From an uncultured Ruminococcus sp. (GTDB taxonomy: Bacteria; Bacillota; Clostridia; Oscillospirales; Ruminococcaceae), in the NCBI GenBank assembly GCA_900541495.1, contig UQKC01000001.1, forward strand, positions 39,178-103,177: a stretch of DNA of 64,000 nucleotides. The letters run 5' to 3'. A program made the position numbers and the translations under genes. The notes under the pieces are model-generated. The model was not told the DNA's origin, made no database searches, and was given only the letters and a program-made list of their open reading frames with translations. Of the stretch, positions 10,197 through 22,044 are shown in pieces (position 1 is the first letter of the stretch; every line of letters starts with the position of its first letter).

Positions 10197-11278
10197 TAAT
10201 CAAAATAACCCTTTTCAGCAAGAAGTTCAGCAAGAAGAACTGCGCCGCCTGCTGCACCTCTGAGAGTGTTATGAGAAAGACATGCAAACTTGTAGTCATA
10301 CTGATTGTCTTCTCTGAGTCTGCCGACAGAAACAGCCATACCGTTTTCGATCATTCTGTCAAGCTTAGCCTGAGGACGGTTATCCTCTTCAAAATAATGG
10401 AGGAACTGCTTTGGTGCGCTTGGGAGGTTGCATTCCTGCGGAACACCCTTGAAATTCTTCCAAGCTTCGAGTATCTGCTCCTTAGTCGGCTTCTTCTTAA
10501 ACTTTACAAATACTGCAGCTGTGTGACCGTCGGAAACAGGTACACGGAAGCACTGTGCTGTAAAGAGAGGTTCTTTAGCGCTTTCGATGTGATCTCCCTC
10601 GATCTTGCCCCAAAGCTTGAGAGGTTCCTGCTCGGACTTTTCTTCTTCGCCGCCGATGTAAGGGATAACATTGTCGATGATCTCAGGCATTGTTTCAAAT
10701 GTCTTGCCTGCGCCGGAAATCGCCTGATATGTACATACAAGAACTCTGTCGATGCCGAATTCGTCCTTAAGAGGGTGAAGTGCAGGAACATAGCTCTGGA
10801 GTGAGCAGTTGGACTTAACAGCGATAAAGCCTCTCTTTGTGCCAAGACGCTTTCTCTGTGCTGCAATGATCTCAATATGTTCAGGGTTGATCTCAGGAAC
10901 TACCATAGGAACATCAGGTGTGAATCTGTGTGCGGAGTTGTTGGAAACAACAGGGCATTCAGCCTTAGCGTAACGCTCTTCAAGAGCCTTGATCTCATCT
11001 TTCTTCATATCAACTGCGCAGAAAACGAAGTCAACCATGCCTGCGATCTTTTCTACATCAGCAGTTGCGTCCATAACGATAAGATCCTTGATATTCTCAG
11101 GGATAGGGGAAGTCATAGCCCACTTTGCTCCGACTGCTTCCTCATATCTCTTGCCTGCGCTTCTCGGAGAAGCTGCAAGAGCGACTACATTGAACCAAGG
11201 GTGATTGGAAAGAAGCAGAGAAAATCTCTGACCTACCATACCGGTTGCGCCGATGATACCTACGTTATACTTTTTCAT
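10196..11278 (-). CDS. asd: aspartate-semialdehyde dehydrogenase
   Basis: MKKYNVGIIGATGMVGQRF N-terminus; 360 aa; first gene of the asd-GNAT-dapA-dapB operon. Confidence 0.9.
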   Translation of the reverse strand: MKKYNVGIIGATGMVGQRFSLLLSNHPWFNVVALAASPRSAGKRYEEAVGAKWAMTSPIPENIKDLIVMDATADVEKIAGMVDFVFCAVDMKKDEIKALEERYAKAECPVVSNNSAHRFTPDVPMVVPEINPEHIEIIAAQRKRLGTKRGFIAVKSNCSLQSYVPALHPLKDEFGIDRVLVCTYQAISGAGKTFETMPEIIDNVIPYIGGEEEKSEQEPLKLWGKIEGDHIESAKEPLFTAQCFRVPVSDGHTAAVFVKFKKKPTKEQILEAWKNFKGVPQECNLPSAPKQFLHYFEEDNRPQAKLDRMIENGMAVSVGRLREDNQYDYKFACLSHNTLRGAAGGAVLLAELLAEKGYFD

Positions 11279-11299
11279 TCTGATTTCTCCCTTAAAAAT

Positions 11300-11340
11300 T
11301 ATTAATATAAAAATAAAAATCGGTATAAAACCGATTCATC
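11300..11340 (-). terminator. riboswitch expression-platform terminator (aatcggt/accgatt hairpin plus U-tract)
   Basis: minus-strand hairpin followed by a T-run between the L-box aptamer and the asd start. Confidence 0.5.
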
Positions 11341-11370
11341 ATACTGAATATTGAAATAACTTCACATAAA

Positions 11371-11545
11371 TGCGATAGCACTCCATCATTCGTAATGTAT
11401 GATGACAATCATACACCTATTAAATGCATGATCAGAAAACGATCGGCCAAGATCATCATCTTCGGCGGCTGCGCCTTTCAATGCTGCATAAGTCGACTTG
11501 GCAGTCTGTCAGCATCTACTATTCTATACCGCACCTCTATCTTAA
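11371..11545 (-). ncRNA. lysine riboswitch (L-box) leader of the asd operon
   Basis: minus-strand reads GATAGAGGTGCG ... TTGAAAGGCGCAGCCGCCGAAG ... TTGGCCG ... GATGGAGTGCTATC, matching L-box core elements as in B. subtilis lysC. Confidence 0.75.
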
Positions 11546-11635
11546 ATCAAGTTTTATATTATCACCATTCTTTCTATTTGTCAATAGATTTTTCCAAAAT
11601 AACATTAAATTAATATAATATCATATAAATACATT

Positions 11636-11664
11636 TGACTTTATAGCTTTTTTGTGGTAAAATT
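11636..11664 (+). promoter_or_regulatory. sigma-A-like promoter for queA (TTGACT -17- TAAAAT)
   Basis: -35 TTGACT 11636-11641, 17-nt spacer, -10 TAAAAT 11659-11664. Confidence 0.4.
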
Positions 11665-11714
11665 TTATCAACTGCAATATATTTAATCAGATGTGAAAGG
11701 ATAATTTGTATTTT

Positions 11715-12740
11715 ATGCTGAAATCGGAATTCTATTACGCTCTGCCCGAAGAGCTTATCGCACAAACGCCAATCGAACCGAGAAATTATTCCCGATTAAT
11801 GAAAATCGACCGCAAAAGCGGTGAAATAGAGCATCGTCACTTCTATAATCTATGCGATTACCTAAAAAAAGGTGATTTGCTCGTTATGAATGATTCACGT
11901 GTACTGCCGGCAAGACTTTATGGCATAAAGGAAGAAACAGGCGCTTGCGTTGAATTTCTGCTTCTTGAACAAAAAGGGGACAAGCTGTGGGAAATACTTG
12001 TTCGCCCCGGCAAAAAGGCCAAGCCGGGCGCAAGATTCAGCTTCGGCGACGGCAGACTTAAAGCCGAAATAATTGAAACAGTCGAGGGTGGAAACAGAAT
12101 AGCAAAATTCGAGTGTGAAGGAAACTTCTTTACAGCACTTGAAGAAGTCGGACAGATGCCGCTTCCTCCATACATCAAGGAAAAGCTCAAAGATAAGGAA
12201 CGTTATCAGACGGTTTATTCAAAAGAATTGGGCTCTGCAGCAGCTCCGACAGCAGGTTTGCACTTTACAAAAGAAATGCTTGCCGAGCTTGAAAATATGG
12301 GTGTAAAGCTTGCATACGTTACACTTCACGTCGGACTCGGAACATTTCGACCCGTAAAGGAAGATAATGTTCTCGAACATAAAATGCACTCGGAACACTA
12401 TTATCTTCCTAAGGAAACTGCCGATCTCATCAAACAGACCAAGGCTGAGGGCGGCCGTGTTATCGCAGTAGGTACAACTTCATGCAGAACACTTGAAAGC
12501 GTCGGAACATTCTTTGATGATATGGACGAACATGAGGGATACACCGATATATTCATTTATCCCGGATATGAATTCAAAGTAATTGACGGACTTATAACAA
12601 ATTTTCATCTTCCGGAAAGCACTCTTATTATGCTTGTATCGGCTTTTCTTGGTTATGAAAAGACAATGAACGCTTACAAGATCGCTGTTGATGAAAAATA
12701 CAGATTCTTTAGCTTTGGTGACGCAATGCTGATAGTTTGA
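11715..12740 (+). CDS. queA: S-adenosylmethionine:tRNA ribosyltransferase-isomerase
   Basis: [17 protein letters not shown]-terminal signature; start taken at the second Met of the ORF. Confidence 0.85.
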   Translation: MLKSEFYYALPEELIAQTPIEPRNYSRLMKIDRKSGEIEHRHFYNLCDYLKKGDLLVMNDSRVLPARLYGIKEETGACVEFLLLEQKGDKLWEILVRPGKKAKPGARFSFGDGRLKAEIIETVEGGNRIAKFECEGNFFTALEEVGQMPLPPYIKEKLKDKERYQTVYSKELGSAAAPTAGLHFTKEMLAELENMGVKLAYVTLHVGLGTFRPVKEDNVLEHKMHSEHYYLPKETADLIKQTKAEGGRVIAVGTTSCRTLESVGTFFDDMDEHEGYTDIFIYPGYEFKVIDGLITNFHLPESTLIMLVSAFLGYEKTMNAYKIAVDEKYRFFSFGDAMLIV

Positions 12741-12780
12741 CATAAACCCAGCAATGACATCTTAGCGTGGAGAAAACATT

Positions 12781-14675
<1,895 letters not shown>

Positions 14676-14718
14676 GCAGCCGCTTCCTAAAAAACTGTAT
14701 CGAAAGGAACTATAAACC

Positions 14719-16383
14719 ATGGAAATGAAAGATCTTTACAAAAAATATGTCAAGGAGACCTTCGATGAAAACGGACTTATCAAAGACCTCGATTTTGATA
14801 TTCCTGAAAACTTCAATTTTGCTTACGACATAATCGATGTTATAGGAAAAAACGAGCCTGAGCGCAAAGCAATGGTCTGGGTCAATGATAAGGGCGAAGA
14901 ACACACCTTCACCTATAAAGATCTTTCGGTCAGATCAAATCAGTGCGCAAATATGCTTCTTGCACACGGCGTAAAAAAAGGTGATATGGTTCTTTCGGTT
15001 CTCAAAAGACACTATCAGTTCTGGATATTGCTTCTTGCGCTTGATAAGATAGGAGCAATTCTCATTCCTGCAACAAATCAGCTTATGAAAAAGGACTACA
15101 CCTACCGTTTTGAAGCAGCAGACGTTAACTATGTTGTCGCAACCGCAGACGGTGATGTTACCGATCACATTGAGCAGGCACTTGAAGAATACAAGGGCAT
15201 AAAGGAAAAGTTCATCGTCAGAGGTGAACGTGACGGTTGGACGAACTTTGACGCTGAATGTGCTAAATACCCGACAGAACTTGAAAGAATTCAGAACAAC
15301 GTCAATGACAATATGCTGATATACTTCACATCGGGAACAACGGGCTATCCGAAAATGGTCGTTCACACACATTATTATTGCCTCGGACATATTGTTACAG
15401 CTAAATATTGGCACAAGCTCCACGAGGGCAGCCTACATCTTACTATCTCCGAATCAGGTTGGGCAAAATGTATGTGGGGAAAGATGTATGGTCAGCTCCT
15501 CTGCGCTGCTTGCCTGTTTGTTTACGACTTTGACCGTTTCCATGCAAATGATATTCTTAAGAAGATCCAGGATTATAAAGTTACTTCGTTCTGCGCACCT
15601 CCGACAATGTACCGTATGTTCATCAAAGAGGGAATCTCGGGTTATGATCTCTCCAATCTTGAACGCACAAGCATTGCAGGCGAAGCTCTTAACCCCGAAG
15701 TATTCAACCGTTGGTATGACCTTACTGGTTTAAAGGTAATGGAGGGCTACGGTCAGACTGAAACAGTTCTTGCGATAGGAAATATGTGTGAAATGGAGCC
15801 GAAGCCGGGTTCAACAGGTATTCCTACACCGCTTTTTGACATAAAGATCTATGATGATGACTGCAATGAGGTTGAAAACGGTCAGGAGGGCGAAATTGTA
15901 ATAATTCCCAAGACCAAAGAGAAGATCGGTCTTTTCAAGGAATACTACAAGAACCCAGAGGCTACCGCCGAGGCATGGAGAGGTGGAGTTTACCACACAA
16001 ACGACCTTGCTTACAAGGATAATGACGGCTATTTCTGGTATGTCGGACGCAAGGACGATGTTATCAAGTCCTCGGGCTACAGAATCGGACCATTCGAGAT
16101 CGAAAGCGTTCTAATGGAACATCCTGCGGTTCTTGAAGTTGCTGTTACAGGCGTAAAGGACGCGATCAGAGGTATGGTCGTTAAGGCAACTATCGTTCTT
16201 ACCAAGGCATACAAGGAAAAAGGCGACGAAAAGCTTGTAAAAGAGCTTCAGGAACACGTTAAAAACCAGACTGCACCTTACAAATACCCACGTGTTATCG
16301 AATTCGTTGATGAACTTCCAAAAACTATCAGCGGAAAAATAAGACGAGTTGAAATTCGCGAAAAAGATAACTCAAATTCATAA
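14719..16383 (+). CDS. AMP-dependent synthetase/ligase (acyl-CoA synthetase family)
   Basis: AMP-binding motif IYFTSGTTGYPKMVVHTH and C-terminal SGKI lysine motif. Confidence 0.8.
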   Translation: MEMKDLYKKYVKETFDENGLIKDLDFDIPENFNFAYDIIDVIGKNEPERKAMVWVNDKGEEHTFTYKDLSVRSNQCANMLLAHGVKKGDMVLSVLKRHYQFWILLLALDKIGAILIPATNQLMKKDYTYRFEAADVNYVVATADGDVTDHIEQALEEYKGIKEKFIVRGERDGWTNFDAECAKYPTELERIQNNVNDNMLIYFTSGTTGYPKMVVHTHYYCLGHIVTAKYWHKLHEGSLHLTISESGWAKCMWGKMYGQLLCAACLFVYDFDRFHANDILKKIQDYKVTSFCAPPTMYRMFIKEGISGYDLSNLERTSIAGEALNPEVFNRWYDLTGLKVMEGYGQTETVLAIGNMCEMEPKPGSTGIPTPLFDIKIYDDDCNEVENGQEGEIVIIPKTKEKIGLFKEYYKNPEATAEAWRGGVYHTNDLAYKDNDGYFWYVGRKDDVIKSSGYRIGPFEIESVLMEHPAVLEVAVTGVKDAIRGMVVKATIVLTKAYKEKGDEKLVKELQEHVKNQTAPYKYPRVIEFVDELPKTISGKIRRVEIREKDNSNS

Positions 16384-16414
16384 AAATACAGCCTGATAAG
16401 ATTCATAAAAATAC

Positions 16415-16443
16415 AGCCTGATAAGTTAATTCTTGTCAGGCTG
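16415..16443 (+). terminator. hairpin after the ligase gene (cagcctgataag..cttgtcaggctg), inside a 25-bp tandem duplication
   Basis: 12-bp stem with 1 mismatch, weak U-tract. Confidence 0.4.
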
Positions 16444-16453
16444 TTACAATTAC

Positions 16454-16489
16454 AAAAGCCGTTTTTGATTTTAGTTCAAAAACGGCTTT
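16454..16489. terminator. 14-bp-stem hairpin aaagccgtttttga/tcaaaaacggcttt (possible terminator for minus-strand transcripts)
   Basis: perfect inverted repeat with 7-nt loop; abuts the left end of the TIR element. Confidence 0.4.
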
Positions 16490-16648
16490 ATACTAATTCT
16501 TGATCGTTCTATAGACAAAATCGACAGATAGAATAAGTTCAGTCAAGAAAAGCGACCACAGGCAGACTGTTGCCTGACAAGGGAGCTTGACGCCGAATGA
16601 ACTTATTATAGCCGAGAGTTTGTCTATAGGTTGATCAAGAATTAGTAT
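16490..16648. repeat. 159-bp element bounded by 30-bp imperfect terminal inverted repeats (MITE-like or structured sRNA candidate)
   Basis: ATACTAATTCTTGATCgttCTATAGACAAA at the left, its reverse complement (3-nt mismatch) at the right; internal hairpin caggcagactgttgcctg. Confidence 0.4.
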
Positions 16649-16654
16649 TATATA

Positions 16655-17740
16655 TTAGTGCTGATTTAAAATGCGTTCATCGCAGTATTCACATTCAAGA
16701 GTATCTCCATTACCTCTGAATGATCTCGGCAGATATGCTTCCTTGTGAGTAATGCAGTTAGGGTTTGTGCATCTGATACTGTTGTGAATATTTCCGCTAA
16801 GAAGTGTAGACGGATATTCATTCTTTAAAACAGTGAGAATAAGCGCCATTCTGACATACATTCCGTTCTTTGCCTGTTTGAAATACATTGCACGGGGGTC
16901 ATCATCAACTGCAATATCGATCTCATCAACTCTCGGAAGAGGGTGAAGAACGATAAGATCCTTGCTTGCTTTGGACATTTTTTCCGTATCAAGGCGGTAA
17001 ACATTTTTCTGCTTTTCGTATTCATCAAGGTCAGAAAAACGCTCGCGCTGGATTCGTGTCATATAGAGAATATCAAGCTTGTCAATAACTTCTTCAAGTG
17101 AATCAACTTCAGTAAATTCACAACCGTGAGCCTTTAATATATCAATTATATATGACGGAACTTTAAGCTCGGGAGTTGATATAAAGATGAACTTGTTGCC
17201 CTTATAGCAGGACATTGCTTTACAGAGAGAATGAACAGTTCGACCGTTTTTGAGGTCACCGCAGAATCCAATAGTATGGTTCTCAATAGTTCCTTTTTCT
17301 ATGTATAAAGTCAACAGATCGGTGAGGGTTTGTGTTGGATGAAGATGTCCGCCGTCGCCTGCGTTTATGATAGGGCAATCAGCTGTCAATGCAGCAGCCT
17401 TTGCAGATCCTTCAAGAGGGTGTCGCATTACCAAGACATCTGCATAACCCGAAACTATTTTTGTTGTATCTTTAAGATTTTCACCTTTTGAAACCGATGA
17501 GGTCGCAGGATTATCAAAACCAATTATCGTTCCGCCAAGGCGAAGCATTGCTGTCTGGAACGACATCTGCGTTCTTGTTGACGGTTCATAGAAGAGCGTA
17601 CCCATAATTTTTCCGTCACATTCATGAGCATATTTTTCGGGTTCTTTTGCGATCTTTGCACCGAGCGAAACGATTTCGTTCCACCAAGAAATGGGCATAT
17701 CGCTAAGGTCGATAAGGTTGGTAAATTTAGATGTTACCAT
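16655..17740 (-). CDS. pyrB: aspartate carbamoyltransferase catalytic chain with fused C-terminal PyrI-type zinc domain
   Basis: STRTQ and HPTQ carbamoyl-phosphate motifs; C-terminal ~50 aa CTNPNCITH...LECEYCDE resemble the PyrI zinc domain; start at second ATG after AAAGGA. Confidence 0.85.
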   Translation of the reverse strand: MVTSKFTNLIDLSDMPISWWNEIVSLGAKIAKEPEKYAHECDGKIMGTLFYEPSTRTQMSFQTAMLRLGGTIIGFDNPATSSVSKGENLKDTTKIVSGYADVLVMRHPLEGSAKAAALTADCPIINAGDGGHLHPTQTLTDLLTLYIEKGTIENHTIGFCGDLKNGRTVHSLCKAMSCYKGNKFIFISTPELKVPSYIIDILKAHGCEFTEVDSLEEVIDKLDILYMTRIQRERFSDLDEYEKQKNVYRLDTEKMSKASKDLIVLHPLPRVDEIDIAVDDDPRAMYFKQAKNGMYVRMALILTVLKNEYPSTLLSGNIHNSIRCTNPNCITHKEAYLPRSFRGNGDTLECEYCDERILNQH

Positions 17741-17865
17741 AGTTAAAGATCCTTTCATTTATAACAATGTGATTTTATCTTATTCATTTTATCACAAAAC
17801 GACACTCTATTCAATAGTTTTTTTCAAATTTAATAAATTCGGTTATAAATCGACATAAAATAATT

Positions 17866-17905
17866 CGCAGAAAAAGCTCACACGATCACTTGAACCGTGT
17901 GAGCT
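17866..17905. terminator. bidirectional terminator hairpin (aaaagctcacacg...cgtgtgagctttt)
   Basis: perfect 13-bp stem flanked by A/T runs, between the GH31 stop and the pyrB upstream region. Confidence 0.6.
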
Positions 17906-17920
17906 TTTATAAGCATTAAT

Positions 17921-20257
17921 TTAGAGTGCGATAGAAACCTTGCCATCGGAATTAGCAGGAACTTCAACAGTCTTGCCGCCCGAAACAGTGATCTTGAACG
18001 GTGAAGCATTCTTTGTGAAGCTTACATCGATCGTGCCGTTGTTGTTTACGGCTGTAAGTTCCAGAACCTTGTTGGAATCTGTATCGTAGATAGTGCATGA
18101 AGCGGACTTACCGTTTTCAAGCTCATAAATAACTATCTCTGCATTGTTGAGATAATCGTATTCAAAGTTCTTCTCAAATGCACCGTAAGCAATTATGCTG
18201 TTAGGCTTTGCAAGGCAGGGGAGAGAGAAGTAATCGAACTTTTCATTGTAGTACTTTCCGCCCTCGTACTTCTTTCCGCTGATGATATCGGTCCATACGC
18301 CTGCAGGAACATAGAACTCTGCTGTGCCCTCTTCGTTGAATACAGGAGCAACGAGAACATTATCACCAAACATATACTGTCTGTCAAGGTAGAGGCAAGC
18401 AGGATCATCTGCATAGTCGATAACCATTGCTCTCATCATAGGAACGCCGACAGTTGATGTCTTGTTAGCCTGTGCCCAGATATAAGGCATCATCTTACCC
18501 TTGAGCTTTGTGAAGAAACGGAGAACATCAACGGATTCTTCGTCAAAGAGCCAAGGCACTCTGTAAGAGGAGTTTCCGTGGAGTCTTGAGTGTGAGGAGA
18601 ACAGTCCAAATGCTGCCCATCTCTTGTAGATATCAGGTGTTGCTGTTGCTTCAAATCCGCTCATATCGTGGCTGAAATAGCCGAAGCCTGAAGCGCAGAG
18701 TGACAAGCCGCCGCGGAGTGTTTCTGCCATTGAAGTGTATTCAGCAGAGCAGTCGCCGCCCCAGTGAACAGGGAACTGCTGACCGCCGACTGTTGCAGAA
18801 CGAGCAAAGAGGCAAGCCTTGTTTTCACCGTAATATTCCTTAAGAACATTGAATACAGTCTTATTGTAAAGATATGTGTAATAATTATGCATTGCGATAG
18901 GATCAGAACCGTCGAAATACTTAACGTTTGTCGGGATTCTCTCACCGAAGTCGGTCTTGAAGCAGTCAACGCCCATTTCGCAGAGCTTTTTAAGCTTACT
19001 TGCATACCACTTGCAAGCATCAGGATTTGTGAAGTCTACAATTGCCATACCCGGCTGCCACATATCGCACTGGAAAACGCTGCCGTCAAGATTCTTGATG
19101 AAGTAACCATTTTCCTTACCCTCTGCAAAAAGAGCAGAACGCTGTGCAATGTAAGGATTGATCCAAACGCAGATCTCAAGATCCTTTGCTTTAAGACGCT
19201 TGAGCATTGCAGCAGGGTCTGGGAACTGACGCTTGTCCCATTCAAAGTTACACCATTCAAATTCCTTCATCCAGAAGCAGTCAAAGTGGAATACCTGAAG
19301 AGGGATATCTCTTTCAGCCATACCGTCGATAAAGGAAGTAACCGTTTCTTCATCATACTTTGTTGTAAACGAAGTTGTGAGCCAAAGTCCGAATGTATAA
19401 GCAGGAGGAAGTGCAGGCTTACCTGTGAGTGTTGTGTAATTTGAGATAACTTCTTCGAGGTTTTCACCGCCGATAACGAAATATTCAAGCTTTTCGCCGG
19501 GAACAGTAAAGGAAACCTTTGAAACTGTATCGGAAGCAACTTCATAAGAAACCTTATCGGAGGAATTTACGAAGATACCGTATCCTCTTGAAGAGATATA
19601 GAACGGAATGGACTTATAGGACTGGTCGCTGCAAGTACCACCGTCAGAGTTCCATGTTTCAACGTTCTGACCGTTCTTAACGAATGTTGTGAACTTTTCG
19701 CCAAAGCCGTAGATACATTCACCAACGGAAAGCGTAAGCTGCTCACGGAGATAGGAATTACGCTTATCGCGAGGATAAGACCAGAATGTATCGTCCTGTG
19801 TTGCTTCAAGTCTACTGGAAACCTTGAACTGACTTTCATTTACAACAGTTGTAGCTCTCCAAGCGCCGCCGGTGAGCTTCTTGTCCTTGTAGTAGAACTG
19901 AACATTCCAGCTATACTTTGAAATGTGTACCTTTGTATTGCCTGCAACGAGTTCAACAAAATCATCGCCGTCAACGATCTCGGGAGTAAAGCCCTGATCT
20001 TCATAAAGTTCAAACTTAGGTGCATTGTCAAGTGTACCCATATAGTGGTTTATGGAAACCTTGATAACATCTTTCTGTGTGCAGGAATAGGTGATATCGA
20101 GAACAGGTCCGCCGAGGGTCATACCTCTGTTCTGGATATAGTTTGTGGTCGCAAGGACATTTATAAAGTTTTTGCCTGTCTTGATCTCATAGGCCTGTGA
20201 TGCATAGTTTACATCATAGCCTTTCTGATTAAGCCAAAAGCCGTCTGCAAATTTCAT
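17921..20257 (-). CDS. glycoside hydrolase family 31 (YicI-like alpha-xylosidase/alpha-glucosidase)
   Basis: 778 aa; GH31 catalytic-region motifs (WINPYI, KTDFGE). Confidence 0.85.
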   Translation of the reverse strand: MKFADGFWLNQKGYDVNYASQAYEIKTGKNFINVLATTNYIQNRGMTLGGPVLDITYSCTQKDVIKVSINHYMGTLDNAPKFELYEDQGFTPEIVDGDDFVELVAGNTKVHISKYSWNVQFYYKDKKLTGGAWRATTVVNESQFKVSSRLEATQDDTFWSYPRDKRNSYLREQLTLSVGECIYGFGEKFTTFVKNGQNVETWNSDGGTCSDQSYKSIPFYISSRGYGIFVNSSDKVSYEVASDTVSKVSFTVPGEKLEYFVIGGENLEEVISNYTTLTGKPALPPAYTFGLWLTTSFTTKYDEETVTSFIDGMAERDIPLQVFHFDCFWMKEFEWCNFEWDKRQFPDPAAMLKRLKAKDLEICVWINPYIAQRSALFAEGKENGYFIKNLDGSVFQCDMWQPGMAIVDFTNPDACKWYASKLKKLCEMGVDCFKTDFGERIPTNVKYFDGSDPIAMHNYYTYLYNKTVFNVLKEYYGENKACLFARSATVGGQQFPVHWGGDCSAEYTSMAETLRGGLSLCASGFGYFSHDMSGFEATATPDIYKRWAAFGLFSSHSRLHGNSSYRVPWLFDEESVDVLRFFTKLKGKMMPYIWAQANKTSTVGVPMMRAMVIDYADDPACLYLDRQYMFGDNVLVAPVFNEEGTAEFYVPAGVWTDIISGKKYEGGKYYNEKFDYFSLPCLAKPNSIIAYGAFEKNFEYDYLNNAEIVIYELENGKSASCTIYDTDSNKVLELTAVNNNGTIDVSFTKNASPFKITVSGGKTVEVPANSDGKVSIAL

Positions 20258-20487
20258 GACAAAATCCTCCTCTTATGTAATTGATTACATTGTACAACAT
20301 ACACATAAAAAATGCAAGGGGTTTTCAAAATTTTATTTTTTGTTCATATCTTTTGCTTCTATATAAGCATACAAGCCCTTAGCTTTGAATATTATTGAAC
20401 AAAGCAGGTGATGATACAAAAATGCTCTTACCGAGAAATTTTTATCATTAAAATTGTTTTACCACGACAAAACAAGGAGGAAAACCT

Positions 20488-22029
20488 ATGGAACTTAAAA
20501 TCAACAGGGAAGAGTTATGTTCGTCCGAATTGATCCTGAAAACCAAACAGGAGCAGTCGATCGAACTTGACTATGTTCTTCCCGATTATTACCCCGAGAT
20601 TTTCAAGATACTGAAATGTTTCACTTCGCCGAAGATAGCTTCATACAGCGTTTCGGGCAGCAAACTCACATACGAACTTTGCGTAAACATAAAGATAGCG
20701 TATAATGACGAAAACAGCTGCACTGTTCACGTTGTAGACCAGAAAATGATGTTTACGAAGTCAGTTGAACTCGGTAGATCCTGCAATGAACCCAAAGTTT
20801 GTATAAAGCCAAGCGTTGACTACATCAACTGCCGTGCAGTAAATTCACGCAGACTTGACATCAGGGGAGCTGTTTCGACCGATATATGCGTCACCGACAG
20901 CAGCAGGCAGGAAGTTGTCTGTGATGCTTACGGAATGGACATCGAACTATGCAAAAAACCGATAACTTACCCCGTGAACAAGCTTTATGCCGAAAAACAG
21001 ATCACAATAACCGACGATTTTGAACTTGGGATCTCAAAACCTGCCATAAACGACATACTTTACTATGATGCGTGTGTTTCTTCAACTGATAAAAAGATAA
21101 TCGCCAATAAAATGGTCGCAAAGGGCGAGATCTGCATAAATATGTTCTACACCTGCGATGAAGACAAGATCGAAACGCTTACGTTTACACTTCCATTCTC
21201 GCAAATAATCGATATCGAGGGTATTGATGACAGATTTGACTGCAATATTGAAGCAGAGATAATGAACTGCGAAATAATGCCCCGTTCAGACGGTGACGGA
21301 AACACCAAAGTCGTTGACTGCTCCATTTCGATAATGATAAAGTGCAATGCATACAGAATGGGAACGCTTGAACTCGTCTGTGACGAATATTCGACCTCTT
21401 TTGGAACTTCCGACCAGAGAGAAACTATCCATTACGATACTATGCCGCAATGGATAAACACTACATTTTCTGCAGGCTGTTCATTTGATACCGGTGAAAA
21501 CAAAGTTGAACGTGTTTACGGTGTCACAGCAAGTGTAAAGAATTGTCACTTTACAGCAAACAATGAGAGCAATGAACTAACCGCAGACGGAACTATATGC
21601 TGTACACTTATTGCAAGCTCAGAGGACGACAAAAGCATTTTTGCTGACAAGGAAGAGAACTTTACATACAGCATTCCCCTTGAAAACATCTCCGATGAAG
21701 CATATATCAGTATCAGCGTGATACCTACTTCCTGCTCATACAATATTTTATCTGAGGGAACTGTAGATGCAAAGGCAGAATTAAAGCTTTGCGGAAGTAT
21801 TTGCTGTACCAAGACAGCGGAATGTATCACCGATATTTATGCAGACGAAGATGCTCCTATACAAAAGGACGAAAACTGTGCATTGAAGCTTTACTTCTGC
21901 GAAAGCGGTGAAAGTCTTTGGGATATCGCCAAGCGTTACCACTCTTCCGCAAAACTTATAATGGATGAAAACGACATAGAAGATGAGATGATCGGCAATG
22001 ATATGATGCTGATAATTCCAATAATGTAA
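20488..22029 (+). CDS. SipL/SpoVID-like sporulation protein (DUF3794-type N-terminal region, C-terminal LysM)
   Basis: N-terminus LDYVLPDYYPEI (DUF3794-like signature), C-terminal LysM-like segment (LWDIAKRY...); 15 nt upstream of spoIVA. Confidence 0.55.
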   Translation: MELKINREELCSSELILKTKQEQSIELDYVLPDYYPEIFKILKCFTSPKIASYSVSGSKLTYELCVNIKIAYNDENSCTVHVVDQKMMFTKSVELGRSCNEPKVCIKPSVDYINCRAVNSRRLDIRGAVSTDICVTDSSRQEVVCDAYGMDIELCKKPITYPVNKLYAEKQITITDDFELGISKPAINDILYYDACVSSTDKKIIANKMVAKGEICINMFYTCDEDKIETLTFTLPFSQIIDIEGIDDRFDCNIEAEIMNCEIMPRSDGDGNTKVVDCSISIMIKCNAYRMGTLELVCDEYSTSFGTSDQRETIHYDTMPQWINTTFSAGCSFDTGENKVERVYGVTASVKNCHFTANNESNELTADGTICCTLIASSEDDKSIFADKEENFTYSIPLENISDEAYISISVIPTSCSYNILSEGTVDAKAELKLCGSICCTKTAECITDIYADEDAPIQKDENCALKLYFCESGESLWDIAKRYHSSAKLIMDENDIEDEMIGNDMMLIIPIM

Positions 22030-22044
22030 AAGGGGTGTTCCGGA

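Noticed and set aside
16490-16648. TIR-bounded element considered as SRP (4.5S) RNA
   Set aside because: The internal hairpin does not reproduce the conserved domain IV asymmetric loops (GGAA tetraloop context / AGCAGCC). It is kept only as a generic structured-RNA/MITE candidate.
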